Assembly (NCBI GenBank): GCA_027486585.1
Contig: JAIXOU010000119.1
Coordinates: 17,061 to 81,060, forward strand
Origin: Verrucomicrobiaceae bacterium
GTDB lineage: Bacteria > Verrucomicrobiota > Verrucomicrobiia > Verrucomicrobiales > Verrucomicrobiaceae
Direction of reading: 5' to 3'
DNA: 64,000 bases
Shown piece after piece: positions 8,194-17,006 of this stretch. Position numbers and translations under genes: made by a program. The notes beneath the pieces are model-generated. The model did not search any database. It saw nothing but the letters and a program-made list of their open reading frames with translations, and was not told where the DNA came from. How positions within the stretch are numbered: position 1 is the first letter of the stretch; every line of letters starts with the position of its first letter.

Positions 8194-9257
8194 GGTTTCG
8201 CGGGAACGGACGCAACGGTCTGGCGAAGAAAGGCGATTAGTTTCTTCAAACTCTCATTCGCTTCGCCAGGCTGGGTGCCAGTCGGGACTTTGGTCGAATC
8301 GCCGAGTTCAAAGGTGCCAGCGGGCAGGTTGAAGAAATACCACGCAGGCTCGAACTGAATGAGACGGCAGTTTTTGTCTAGGGCACTCTGCGTCCAGGCG
8401 ATGATCTCTTCGGGCTTGGTGTCCATGTAGGTGAAGTTGTGAAGCCAACTTTGGTTTGAGAGGCCGTAGCCTGCGGCTCCGTTTTGGGGGAAGGGCTCGA
8501 CGGCGGTGTGCCAGGTGCTGAGGCGGGGGATGGAGGCTTCGTTGGGCTCGTTGTTGTTGTAGGTCACGGTGACGACGCCGAGATGTTGGCGGAGTAGCGC
8601 TTTCACTTGCTCGGTGTAACGCGGCATCTCCTTGTCCCACGGTGAAAAGGGCATCCAGCCAAAGTCGGCCCACTGCACAAACATGGCGTGCTCTTTGGCG
8701 AAACGGATGAAGCTCTCCGCGAGATCGGGGCGGAAGAAGGTGTCGGCAGGCAGCTTGTCGCCAGGGCGTTTTAGCTCTGGATTCGTCGTCTTCATCGATC
8801 GGATGCCGTAGTCCTGACCAAAGATCTCCATGAATCGCAAACCAATGAGCCACGCGCCATACGTTTCTTTAAATACCGCCAGTTGCTCCACGGAGATGGA
8901 TTGCCCATGACTCGAATCAAACGGCGCATTCGCCGGACCATTTGCGCCGAGTGTGAAGCTGTCTGAAGAATACACATCGAAAACAAATGGCATCTTCTGC
9001 GCCACCAGCGCGTCCAGCATGAGCTTCAAGTGATCCATGTCTTTGATCATCGGATTCAGCAACACACACACCTGATACTTGGCCCGCAGCGGCTCCAGCG
9101 CGGTCACCATTCGAGTCATTGCGGCCACATTCCCAGTCGCAACGATGCCATTGCCGAAACCTTGGTCGATGGAGAAGAGTAGGCGGGCTTTCGGCTCTGC
9201 GGCCAGTGATTGGCCAACGAGAAGTGCCAGGAGTGCGAATGCGAGGAAGAGCTTCAT
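8190..9257 (-). CDS. Secreted hypothetical protein (possible TIM-barrel hydrolase)
   Basis: Signal peptide MKLFLAFALLALLVGQSLA; alternating strand and helix pattern (LLFSID, VCVLLN, FVFDVY, IGLRFME, FVQWAD, LIQFEP); ATGA overlap with the next gene. Confidence 0.6.
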   Translation of the reverse strand: MKLFLAFALLALLVGQSLAAEPKARLLFSIDQGFGNGIVATGNVAAMTRMVTALEPLRAKYQVCVLLNPMIKDMDHLKLMLDALVAQKMPFVFDVYSSDSFTLGANGPANAPFDSSHGQSISVEQLAVFKETYGAWLIGLRFMEIFGQDYGIRSMKTTNPELKRPGDKLPADTFFRPDLAESFIRFAKEHAMFVQWADFGWMPFSPWDKEMPRYTEQVKALLRQHLGVVTVTYNNNEPNEASIPRLSTWHTAVEPFPQNGAAGYGLSNQSWLHNFTYMDTKPEEIIAWTQSALDKNCRLIQFEPAWYFFNLPAGTFELGDSTKVPTGTQPGEANESLKKLIAFLRQTVASVPAKP

Positions 9258-9291
9258 GATTCACTCAGATTATCCCGCATCACGGTCTTGC

Positions 9292-9318
9292 CCTTCGCCT
9301 TGTTGATCACGGCGAAGG
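9292..9318. other. Perfect 8-bp hairpin in a divergent intergenic region
   Basis: CCTTCGCC-N11-GGCGAAGG, 35-60 bp upstream of the minus-strand gene starting at 9257. Confidence 0.4.
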
Positions 9319-9527
9319 CGGTGCGGCGGGTGATGAAGGAGGCTGGATGATTCATGTTTGAAGCCAACGCTTTGGATTTCCCACGGCTGGCAGGTTTATC
9401 TTTGCTGGATTGGGGCTATCTCAAACCTACGCAACTCGCAAAGCTGATCACACATCGCTGATCCAATGTGAAGAACACGTCGCACGGCATTTTGTGACCT
9501 CTGCAAAAAAGTGGCGATGGATGAAGA

Positions 9528-12500
9528 ATGGTGCGCCTTCCTTTTTTCGTTGTTCTGCTCTTGTTTCCCCTGGCTCTTTTAGCCCAGCCTGCGGTGACAC
9601 TGCCGGCGATTCATCGCATCACGACAGAGCATGGCGAGCGGGTGTATGAAGTGGCCACAGATGAACTAGCGGTCGAAGATGCCAGCGGTCAGCAGCAGGT
9701 GCAAAAACAGACGACGATAGCGAATGCGCAAGCGGCGCGGTTGAGGGCGGTTGCCTTGATGGGTGATCTTGTGTTGTATGAGCAAGGCAGGCCGCGCGAC
9801 GATAGTTCCCGCCGCATCGTGCGGAAGCAGCTCGCGGTGCGGCTCCGTCCTGGAGCGGATGCGCTGGCCTTGGCGGCAGCCATGGGATTGCGGGTCGTGG
9901 GAGCGCACCCGAGCGCGCCGGGCTATGTCATGTTTGAGGCGGCGGACTCGGGTGCGGCACTGCTGGCGGTAGCAATGCTCCGTAACAGACCCGAGGTAGC
10001 GGTGGTGGAGCCGCAACTGGCTCGCCAGCAGAAGAAGCGCTTCATTCCCAATGACACACTCTTCACCCAGCAGTGGCATTTGCTGAACACCGGGCAGGGC
10101 AGTGGCCTTGCTGGCGCGGATGTGAATGTGACGAGCGTTTGGGACAGCTACAAAGGCGCTGGATTGCGCATTGGCGTGGTGGATGATGGTTTGCAGACCG
10201 CGCACCCCGATCTCAGCGCGAATGTGGACACGGTGAACGATCGTGATTGGAACGACGGCACGCCGGATGATCCAAACCCATTGCTCACCGTAGATTTTCA
10301 CGGCACGTCCTGCGCTGGTGTGGCGGCGGGTCGCGGTAACAACAATCTCGGCATCAGCGGCGCGGCACCGGAGGCGACGCTGGTGGGTCTGCGTCTGATC
10401 GGCGCGGCGACGACTGATTCACAAGAAGCGGAGGCGATGGGCTGGAAGAATGACATCATTCAGGTGAAGTCCAATTCCTGGGGACCGAATGACGATGCGA
10501 TGAGGCTAGAAGGTCCGGGCATGCTCACTCTGGCAGCGCTGCAAACGGCGGTGACGAGTGGCCGCGGCGGCAAAGGCACGATCATCCTCTGGGCTGGTGG
10601 CAATGGCGGCAATGTGGGCGATGACTCAAACTACGACGGCTATGCGAACAGCATTTACACCATCGCCGTGGCTGCGCTGGGCAATAGCGGCACGCAGGCT
10701 TATTACAGCGAGCCCGGCGCGAATCTCATTGTCACCGCGCCCTCCAGCGGCGGCACGCTGGGCATCGTCACGACCGATCTTGTCGGCACCAGCGGTTACA
10801 ACACCGGCAGCGTCGCGGGTGAACTCTCGGATACAAACTACACGAATGATTTCGGCGGCACCTCGTCCGCCACACCGCTGGCCGCAGGTTGTGTGGCGCT
10901 GCTGCTCCAGGCGAATCCAAACCTCGGCTGGCGTGATGTGCAGGAGATCCTCATCCGTAGTGCCACGAAGAACCATGCAGCTGATACAGACTGGGTGGAC
11001 AATGCGGCGGGCATCCACTTCAATCACAAATACGGTGCAGGTCTGATCAACACGCAGGCCGCTGTCACCATGGCCTCGACATGGACGAATCTCGTGTCGC
11101 AAACGAGCACCAGCAGCGCGCAGACAGCCCTCAGCGTTGCCATTCCTGACAACAACGCCACTGGCATCACGCGCAGCTTCGACCTCAGCGCTTCCAATCT
11201 CCGGGTGGAGCAGGTTACGCTCACTTTGAGCGCTACGCATATCTCGCGCGGGCAACTTGCCGTCACGCTGACCTCGCCCTCCGGCATGGTCAGCAGGCTG
11301 GCGGAGCGCCATCCAGACACGGGCGACCATTACAGCGCTTGGACCTTTAGCAGTGTGCGCTGCTGGGGTGAAAACTCGCAGGGCATCTGGACGCTGCGCG
11401 TGAGTGATCTTACCAGCGGCACCACGGGAACGCTCACCGCCGCCACGCTCACGGTGCATGGCACGACTGCCGGTCCGGTGAATCAGCCCCCAGTGATCGC
11501 CTCCGCGTCGCTTTCCGCCAGCGGCATGGCTTTCATGGATCAAAGCGTGAGCGTCAGCTCCGTCGCCGCCAGCGATCCCGAAGGCCTGCCCGTGACGCTC
11601 GCTTATCAATGGCAGCAAACCACCGACAACCTCACCTTCACCGACATCGCTGGTGGCACGACTTCGAGCTTGGCGCTGTCGGAAAGCTTGGCTGGCCGCC
11701 TCTTGCGCTGCCGCATCACACCATCAGCGGGTGGTCAAAATGGCGCGGCATTCACCACCAGCACGCTCGCGGTGAATCGTCGCCCAGCGCGCTGGGCACG
11801 GGTGGGCAGCAGCTACAGCCACGATTCGGAACTCTTCCTCGCCAGCTCCGCCACCAGCTTCGGGCGTGAGTTGATCATCAATGAATTCAGCCAGGGCAAT
11901 GGTGGCAGCAAAGAGTGGGTCGAGCTGCTCGTGCTGAAGACTGCCGACTTGCGCGGATGCACGCTCTCAGATCGAACAGGGACTTATGCCACTTTTGCCA
12001 GCGTGGCTCTTTGGAGTGCCGTCACTCCCGGCACTTTCATCATCGTCTATAACAATGCTGACCGCGACACGCTGCTGCCCGCCACACAGGATCTCGATCC
12101 TAGCGATGGCGTGATGGTCATCGCTCATAACAATGCCAGCGCCTTTACCGCAGGCACCTGGGGCGGCTTGAGCAATACAAACGCCGAGAGCATCATCATC
12201 AAAAATCCTGCCGCGCAGATCATCGACGCCCTTTCGCTTAACAATGAAAACGTCTATGACCCGAAGCTCACCGCTGTCGGCAGTACCAAGGCTGCCTTTT
12301 ACAGTGGCGACAGCGAAACTGGAGTGGATTCCCCGGCGCAATGGACCATCGGCAATGCCAGCGCCGCCACACCGGGCGCGGGCAATGGCGGCATCAACAC
12401 CACCTTCGTCAGCAATCTGCGCAGCGGAGCCTTCAACGTGCAGCCGCAGTTCCGCCTCGGCTCCACTGGCGATGCGGTGCCCGGCCTCAGCATTCAGGCC

Positions 12501-13169
12501 ACCTCGGGCCTCCTATCCGGTACACCGACTGCCGCAGGGCTGTATCAGGTCGTCATCGAGCGTTTCCTCAGCAGCGAAGTCGTTAGCCACAGCTTTCCCC
12601 TGCTGGTGCTCGATGCTAGCGGCTCAGGCATCGTGCCCGTCGGCAAAACTTGGACACTGGATGCCGCCGTCACGCTGCCCGGCAGCCTCACGGTTCAGGG
12701 CGCGGTGAACATGGGCTCCTACGTGCTCACCATTCCCGGCACTTTGGCGCTATCAGGCACGCTGCTGAATCCCTCTGGCACCTTGACGTATTTGAACCGC
12801 ACCGGTGCGCTGCCGCCTGGCCAGATTACGCTCGTGTCGAATCCCATCAACGATGCCGCCGACGATGATGGCGACGGTTTGGCCAATCTGATCGAGTTCA
12901 GTCTCGGCACTGATCCCTCCTCAACCTCCACCTTGCCGACGACGAGCCAGATTACCGGTGGGCACTTGGAGTTCACCCTCCAGCAGCCCGCAGGCATCAC
13001 TGGCGTCAGCACCACCGTCGAGGTCAGTGGTGATCTCAGCACCTGGCAGTCTGGCCCGGGCCACACGCAAGTGATTAGCAACACCACCAGCAGCGCCACA
13101 CGCACCCTCGTCGTGCGTGACGAGCACACCGGCGCTCAGCGCTTCATCCGCCTCCGCGTCACGAGGTAG
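9528..13169 (+). CDS. Secreted kexin/furin-like S8 serine peptidase with P-domain, lamin-tail-like domain, Ig domain and C-terminal domain
   Basis: Triad VVDDG / FHGTSCAG / GGTSSATP and oxyanion AGGNGG; NSWGP, WRDVQEIL, FNHKYGAG; P-domain (VEQVTLTL...LTSPSG...WGENSQGIWTLRV); LIINEFSQG...EWVEL (LTD-like); SGLLSGTPTAAG (putative Ig); DDDGDGLANLIEF...GTDP. Confidence 0.9.
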   Translation: MVRLPFFVVLLLFPLALLAQPAVTLPAIHRITTEHGERVYEVATDELAVEDASGQQQVQKQTTIANAQAARLRAVALMGDLVLYEQGRPRDDSSRRIVRKQLAVRLRPGADALALAAAMGLRVVGAHPSAPGYVMFEAADSGAALLAVAMLRNRPEVAVVEPQLARQQKKRFIPNDTLFTQQWHLLNTGQGSGLAGADVNVTSVWDSYKGAGLRIGVVDDGLQTAHPDLSANVDTVNDRDWNDGTPDDPNPLLTVDFHGTSCAGVAAGRGNNNLGISGAAPEATLVGLRLIGAATTDSQEAEAMGWKNDIIQVKSNSWGPNDDAMRLEGPGMLTLAALQTAVTSGRGGKGTIILWAGGNGGNVGDDSNYDGYANSIYTIAVAALGNSGTQAYYSEPGANLIVTAPSSGGTLGIVTTDLVGTSGYNTGSVAGELSDTNYTNDFGGTSSATPLAAGCVALLLQANPNLGWRDVQEILIRSATKNHAADTDWVDNAAGIHFNHKYGAGLINTQAAVTMASTWTNLVSQTSTSSAQTALSVAIPDNNATGITRSFDLSASNLRVEQVTLTLSATHISRGQLAVTLTSPSGMVSRLAERHPDTGDHYSAWTFSSVRCWGENSQGIWTLRVSDLTSGTTGTLTAATLTVHGTTAGPVNQPPVIASASLSASGMAFMDQSVSVSSVAASDPEGLPVTLAYQWQQTTDNLTFTDIAGGTTSSLALSESLAGRLLRCRITPSAGGQNGAAFTTSTLAVNRRPARWARVGSSYSHDSELFLASSATSFGRELIINEFSQGNGGSKEWVELLVLKTADLRGCTLSDRTGTYATFASVALWSAVTPGTFIIVYNNADRDTLLPATQDLDPSDGVMVIAHNNASAFTAGTWGGLSNTNAESIIIKNPAAQIIDALSLNNENVYDPKLTAVGSTKAAFYSGDSETGVDSPAQWTIGNASAATPGAGNGGINTTFVSNLRSGAFNVQPQFRLGSTGDAVPGLSIQATSGLLSGTPTAAGLYQVVIERFLSSEVVSHSFPLLVLDASGSGIVPVGKTWTLDAAVTLPGSLTVQGAVNMGSYVLTIPGTLALSGTLLNPSGTLTYLNRTGALPPGQITLVSNPINDAADDDGDGLANLIEFSLGTDPSSTSTLPTTSQITGGHLEFTLQQPAGITGVSTTVEVSGDLSTWQSGPGHTQVISNTTSSATRTLVVRDEHTGAQRFIRLRVTR

Positions 13170-13426
13170 TCACCACGTTTTTGCAGCCCCAGTCTCACAT
13201 CCGCCTTATTCCTTGTCATACCGCCGAAATGGAAGTCCCACGCTCAATCAACCGAGTTAATTGAGGGCTTTACAAGATGGCGGAATAGACCGAATTTTCA
13301 CTCAACCCTTGAGCCCCTTCACCAATCGACACGCAACCGACAGATACCCCAGAAGTTAGCGAGCCAGCACCTCGTGCTCGGACCCGAGGGGCATTCGAGA
13401 CCGGGGATGTTCAACTCGATAATTTC

Positions 13427-13540
13427 TTGAAGTGGCGTCGAAAAACGTATCGTTTGAGGCATAAAGGCGGGCCGATACTTGCATTCATTGGAATCGTGAT
13501 TGCAGCTATTTTGATTTGGTATTGCAGCACTCGGAGTTAG
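13427..13540 (+). CDS. Candidate small single-pass membrane protein (37 aa from TTG)
   Basis: (M)KWRRKTYRLRHKGGPILAFIGIVIAAILIWYCSTRS*: basic stretch plus hydrophobic helix; frame open from 13313, no ATG. Confidence 0.35.
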   Translation: MKWRRKTYRLRHKGGPILAFIGIVIAAILIWYCSTRS

Positions 13541-13620
13541 GGCATCAGATCACGGTGATGTGAGGATAAAGTCACCTAACGTCGAGTGATAATTAAAAAG
13601 AAGAAGCAATCAATTTATTG

Positions 13621-14370
13621 ATGAAACCTTCTGAGTGTACTGAGCACCGTGATGACCTATCTAGACGCGGCTGGATCAAGCGTTTCCTGTTTGGATCTGC
13701 TGTCTCACCTTCTTGCGCAGCGCTGTTTTTGTCAGAGGTGACCGAGGCTGCGCAAAGCGGGCCAGGTGTGTTAAAGTTAAACGTGGCTACCTATCCTGCC
13801 TTGGCAACGGTAGGCGGCTCGGTGCAACTGAACTTCAGCCCGATCTATAAACCGCTAACAATCAACCGAGCCACTAGCACAGTGTTCGTGACACTGGATT
13901 CTGTCTGCACGCATGCAGGCTGCACGGTGAACAAGTTTCTGTCGGCAAACGGTTCTATGAGATGCCCTTGTCATGGCTCGCGTTACGATGTCTATGGCCG
14001 GGTTATCGGTGGACCTGCAGATGCAGATCTAGTTTCTTACAAGACGGCTTTTTCACCAAGTTCAAACATCATCACAGTGGAGGTGCCTTCACTGGGATTG
14101 AATGTGAATTCCGTCAGCTTCTATTCACGCTCGGGAAATACCACGCGACTAAAACTGACGTTTCAGGTCACTGCCTTTAGCACTTATGAGGTGCATTACC
14201 AGAGTAGTCTAACGGGCGCCTATACCGTCGTGCCCTTTGCGATGACTCCGACCGGCGCAGCAACGGAGACGTCGCTAGAGCATTTCGATGACGGCGAGCG
14301 CACGGTGTATGTGGATGCGACGGGAAATCAGGGTTTCTTTGTCGTGGCTGTGGTGCTGTCAGAAGTGTGA
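13621..14370 (+). CDS. Tat-exported Rieske [2Fe-2S] protein with a C-terminal beta-rich extension
   Basis: SRRGWIKRF Tat-like motif; CTHAGC and CPCHGSRY Rieske boxes; about 80 extra C-terminal residues. Confidence 0.85.
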   Translation: MKPSECTEHRDDLSRRGWIKRFLFGSAVSPSCAALFLSEVTEAAQSGPGVLKLNVATYPALATVGGSVQLNFSPIYKPLTINRATSTVFVTLDSVCTHAGCTVNKFLSANGSMRCPCHGSRYDVYGRVIGGPADADLVSYKTAFSPSSNIITVEVPSLGLNVNSVSFYSRSGNTTRLKLTFQVTAFSTYEVHYQSSLTGAYTVVPFAMTPTGAATETSLEHFDDGERTVYVDATGNQGFFVVAVVLSEV

Positions 14371-14379
14371 AGGAGTCTT

Positions 14380-15078
14380 TCAATCAACTAAGCTGCCACT
14401 GCGGATTTGGGCGATCTCCTGAGCATCGAAACCGAGCTGTTGAAGTTGTGACTCGCTCACCTTATTTTGCCGAACTTGGTGTGCATAAAGAAGCATTACA
14501 GTGGCGCGGCGCGTGGCCTCATCTGGGATCGACTCCGCCCAGACGAGTGCCGTTTCTGCGTGGCCTGCTGAGGCAATATTTTCACTGATGGATCTGAGAC
14601 TATTACCGAGTTCATCAAAGCGTGCCGTTTGGTTGAGCCACTCCGTCGCTTGGTCTGGAGCTATGCTAAACCAGAGAACAATTTGTGCATTCAAGAGCGC
14701 GGCATTTTCTGGCGTAGAAGGCGTGCCTTCCAGCTCAGAGATGCGGCTAGCGACTTCGGCTGCGGTGATGCCTGCACCTGTGCTGACAGGGATGATGGCT
14801 GGTTTTGGCAGACGTGGACTTGCTGGCTCCGGCACGACGGCGCTGAGCCAGAAGGGCGGTTCATCTTTGGGTGCCCGTAGCAGGCGGTCGCGCAGAGCTA
14901 CACTCGCGGATGCTGGTACATGGTTGACTGCGGCAGCTGCGGAGTCGGTCGCCGCGTTAACATGAGCATGACTGATCTCAGGCGCACCGATGCGGTAGCC
15001 AATCCAGCTAGCGCAGAAGATCACGCCGATGAGTGCAGCCAACTTTGTCGGTTTGGATTGCAGCAGCGCAGCATTCAT
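14380..15078 (-). CDS. Hypothetical membrane-anchored protein, last gene of the SPFH-ATPase operon
   Basis: N-terminal TM helix, Ala/Pro-rich linker, helical C-terminus (APDQATEWLNQ, TALVWAESIPDE); ATGA overlap with the ATPase. Confidence 0.65.
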   Translation of the reverse strand: MNAALLQSKPTKLAALIGVIFCASWIGYRIGAPEISHAHVNAATDSAAAAVNHVPASASVALRDRLLRAPKDEPPFWLSAVVPEPASPRLPKPAIIPVSTGAGITAAEVASRISELEGTPSTPENAALLNAQIVLWFSIAPDQATEWLNQTARFDELGNSLRSISENIASAGHAETALVWAESIPDEATRRATVMLLYAHQVRQNKVSESQLQQLGFDAQEIAQIRSGSLVD

Positions 15079-17006
15079 GCGACAGCAGTAGGCACGGTGA
15101 CGACGCTTTCTATCGCCGTATTTTCAGGTGAAGCGGCGGCTACTTCCATACCATCAAAGCGCAGCAGGCGGGCGCTATTGAAGATCACGAAGAAGGCGCT
15201 GAACTCGTGCAGGAAGGCGGCAAGCACTGGATTGACTAGACCAAGGCTGGAGGCCGTGACAGCGGCGATGATGAAGATGAAGCCACACAGCAGGTTTTGA
15301 TTGATGATGCCAACCGTGCGTGCAGAAAGCACCAGCAGATCAGCCAGACGGCGCAGGTCGCCAGACATGAGGGCGACGTCGGAAGTGTGGACGGTGATGT
15401 CGTTGCCCAGTGCCCCCATGGCGACGCCGAGATCGCCTTCCTTCAGCGCAGGCGCATCATTGAGACCATCGCCCACGACGAGCACGCGGTGGCCTTGCTG
15501 CTTGAGCAGGCGGATACGGGCGACTTTGTCCTCAGGCAGGCACTCGGCTTGGAAGTCGGTGATGCCGATGCTGCTGGCGATGTGCTGCGCGACTTCAGCG
15601 CGATCTCCAGTGAGCATGATGAAGTCGTTGATACCAAGACTGCGCAAGCGAGTGAGTGTTTCAGCAGCTTCATCACGGATACGGTCAGCGAGTAAAAATG
15701 TCGCGGTGTGTCGGCCATTCACACTCAGCAGGACAAGGCTGTGACGCGTCAGCAGTGAGGGATCGAGTGCGATCTCCATGCCATGACCACGTAGCCATGA
15801 CAGGCGGCCAATTTGGATTTTTTTTCCTTCGACTATGCCTTCAAGTCCGAGGCCGGGATGCTCGATGAGGTCGGTGACTTCAGGCAGCGCCAATGATTCG
15901 CCTGCATGAGCGATGGCGCGTGCCACGGGATGATTAGAGCTGCTTTCCAATGCGGCGGCGAGCCGTAGCGCGTCGTCTTTACTGATGGCAGCATCATGCA
16001 ACAGCACGTCTTCCAGATCGAGCCTGCCGACTGTGAGCGTGCCGGTTTTATCAAAGACGACGGTATCGACGAGGCGAGCTGATTCCAGATGGCGCACGCT
16101 TTTGATCAGCAGCCCCATCCGAGAACCTGCGGCGATGGCAGAGACCATGGCGCTGGGGCTGGCGAGCACGAAGGCGCAGGGAATGCTAACCACAAGCACG
16201 GCGATGGCTCGATCAATATCCTGAGTGAAGAAGAACACACTCACGGCGATGAGCATGATGAGCGGCGTGTAGTAGCGTGCGTAATCCTCTGCCATGCTGA
16301 TGATGGGAGCCTCGCTGGACTTCGCCTCCTCAATGATGCTCTGCACGCGCCCCATGACGGTGTCAGTGCCAGCGCCCGTGACGCGCGCGGTGAGAGCGCC
16401 GTTGAGATTGAGCGTGCCGGCAAAGATGTCGCTGTTCGTGCTGGCCTCCACGGGTGCTGATTCGCCCGTGATGCGGCTTTGATCCATCATGGCGCTGCCT
16501 GTGAGGATAACCGCATCCGCAGGCACGACCTCACCGGGACGCAGCACGATAATGTCGCCGAGATGCAGCTCAGCAGCTTCGACTTCCTCTTCCAACTCAC
16601 CGCGACGGCGGCGGGCGATGAGGCGATTTAGCTGACGTAGTTTGGATAGCGCCAGCTCAACACCGACGGTGGTTCTCTCCTCCATCATCTGACCAAAAAC
16701 GAGGATCACAGCGACGATTCCGCCGGTGAGGTAGCGCCCAGTGGCAAGGCATGCTGCCAGTGCGAGCACGACGTATTGATCCATATAAAACTGCGTGGCC
16801 GCGAAGCCACTGGCGCGGATGGCTTTGATCACGCCAAGCACGATGGGCAGCGCGACGATGAGCACGCCAGCTAGCGCGAGCAATGCTGGTAAAGTGGGCT
16901 GCTCTGGCCGTAGCCATGTCGTCAGAGCAGATGCTGTGAGCAGCGCTGTAGCAGCAAAGAGAAGCCGCAGTCGGCTCAGCGTTTGGCGGTCGAGATCGGC
17001 GTGCAT
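15075..17006 (-). CDS. P1B-type heavy-metal-translocating P-type ATPase with atypical IPC motif
   Basis: TGES, DKTGTLT, SNHP, GDGLNDAPAL; TM motif VVSIPCAFVLASP; C-terminal LHEFS...FNSARLL; no N-terminal metal-binding domain. Confidence 0.92.
   Translation of the reverse strand: MHADLDRQTLSRLRLLFAATALLTASALTTWLRPEQPTLPALLALAGVLIVALPIVLGVIKAIRASGFAATQFYMDQYVVLALAACLATGRYLTGGIVAVILVFGQMMEERTTVGVELALSKLRQLNRLIARRRRGELEEEVEAAELHLGDIIVLRPGEVVPADAVILTGSAMMDQSRITGESAPVEASTNSDIFAGTLNLNGALTARVTGAGTDTVMGRVQSIIEEAKSSEAPIISMAEDYARYYTPLIMLIAVSVFFFTQDIDRAIAVLVVSIPCAFVLASPSAMVSAIAAGSRMGLLIKSVRHLESARLVDTVVFDKTGTLTVGRLDLEDVLLHDAAISKDDALRLAAALESSSNHPVARAIAHAGESLALPEVTDLIEHPGLGLEGIVEGKKIQIGRLSWLRGHGMEIALDPSLLTRHSLVLLSVNGRHTATFLLADRIRDEAAETLTRLRSLGINDFIMLTGDRAEVAQHIASSIGITDFQAECLPEDKVARIRLLKQQGHRVLVVGDGLNDAPALKEGDLGVAMGALGNDITVHTSDVALMSGDLRRLADLLVLSARTVGIINQNLLCGFIFIIAAVTASSLGLVNPVLAAFLHEFSAFFVIFNSARLLRFDGMEVAAASPENTAIESVVTVPTAVA

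Noticed and set aside
10626-11618. 330-aa minus-strand ORF inside the S8 peptidase
   Set aside because: Fully antisense to the catalytic and P-domain region, with no motif.
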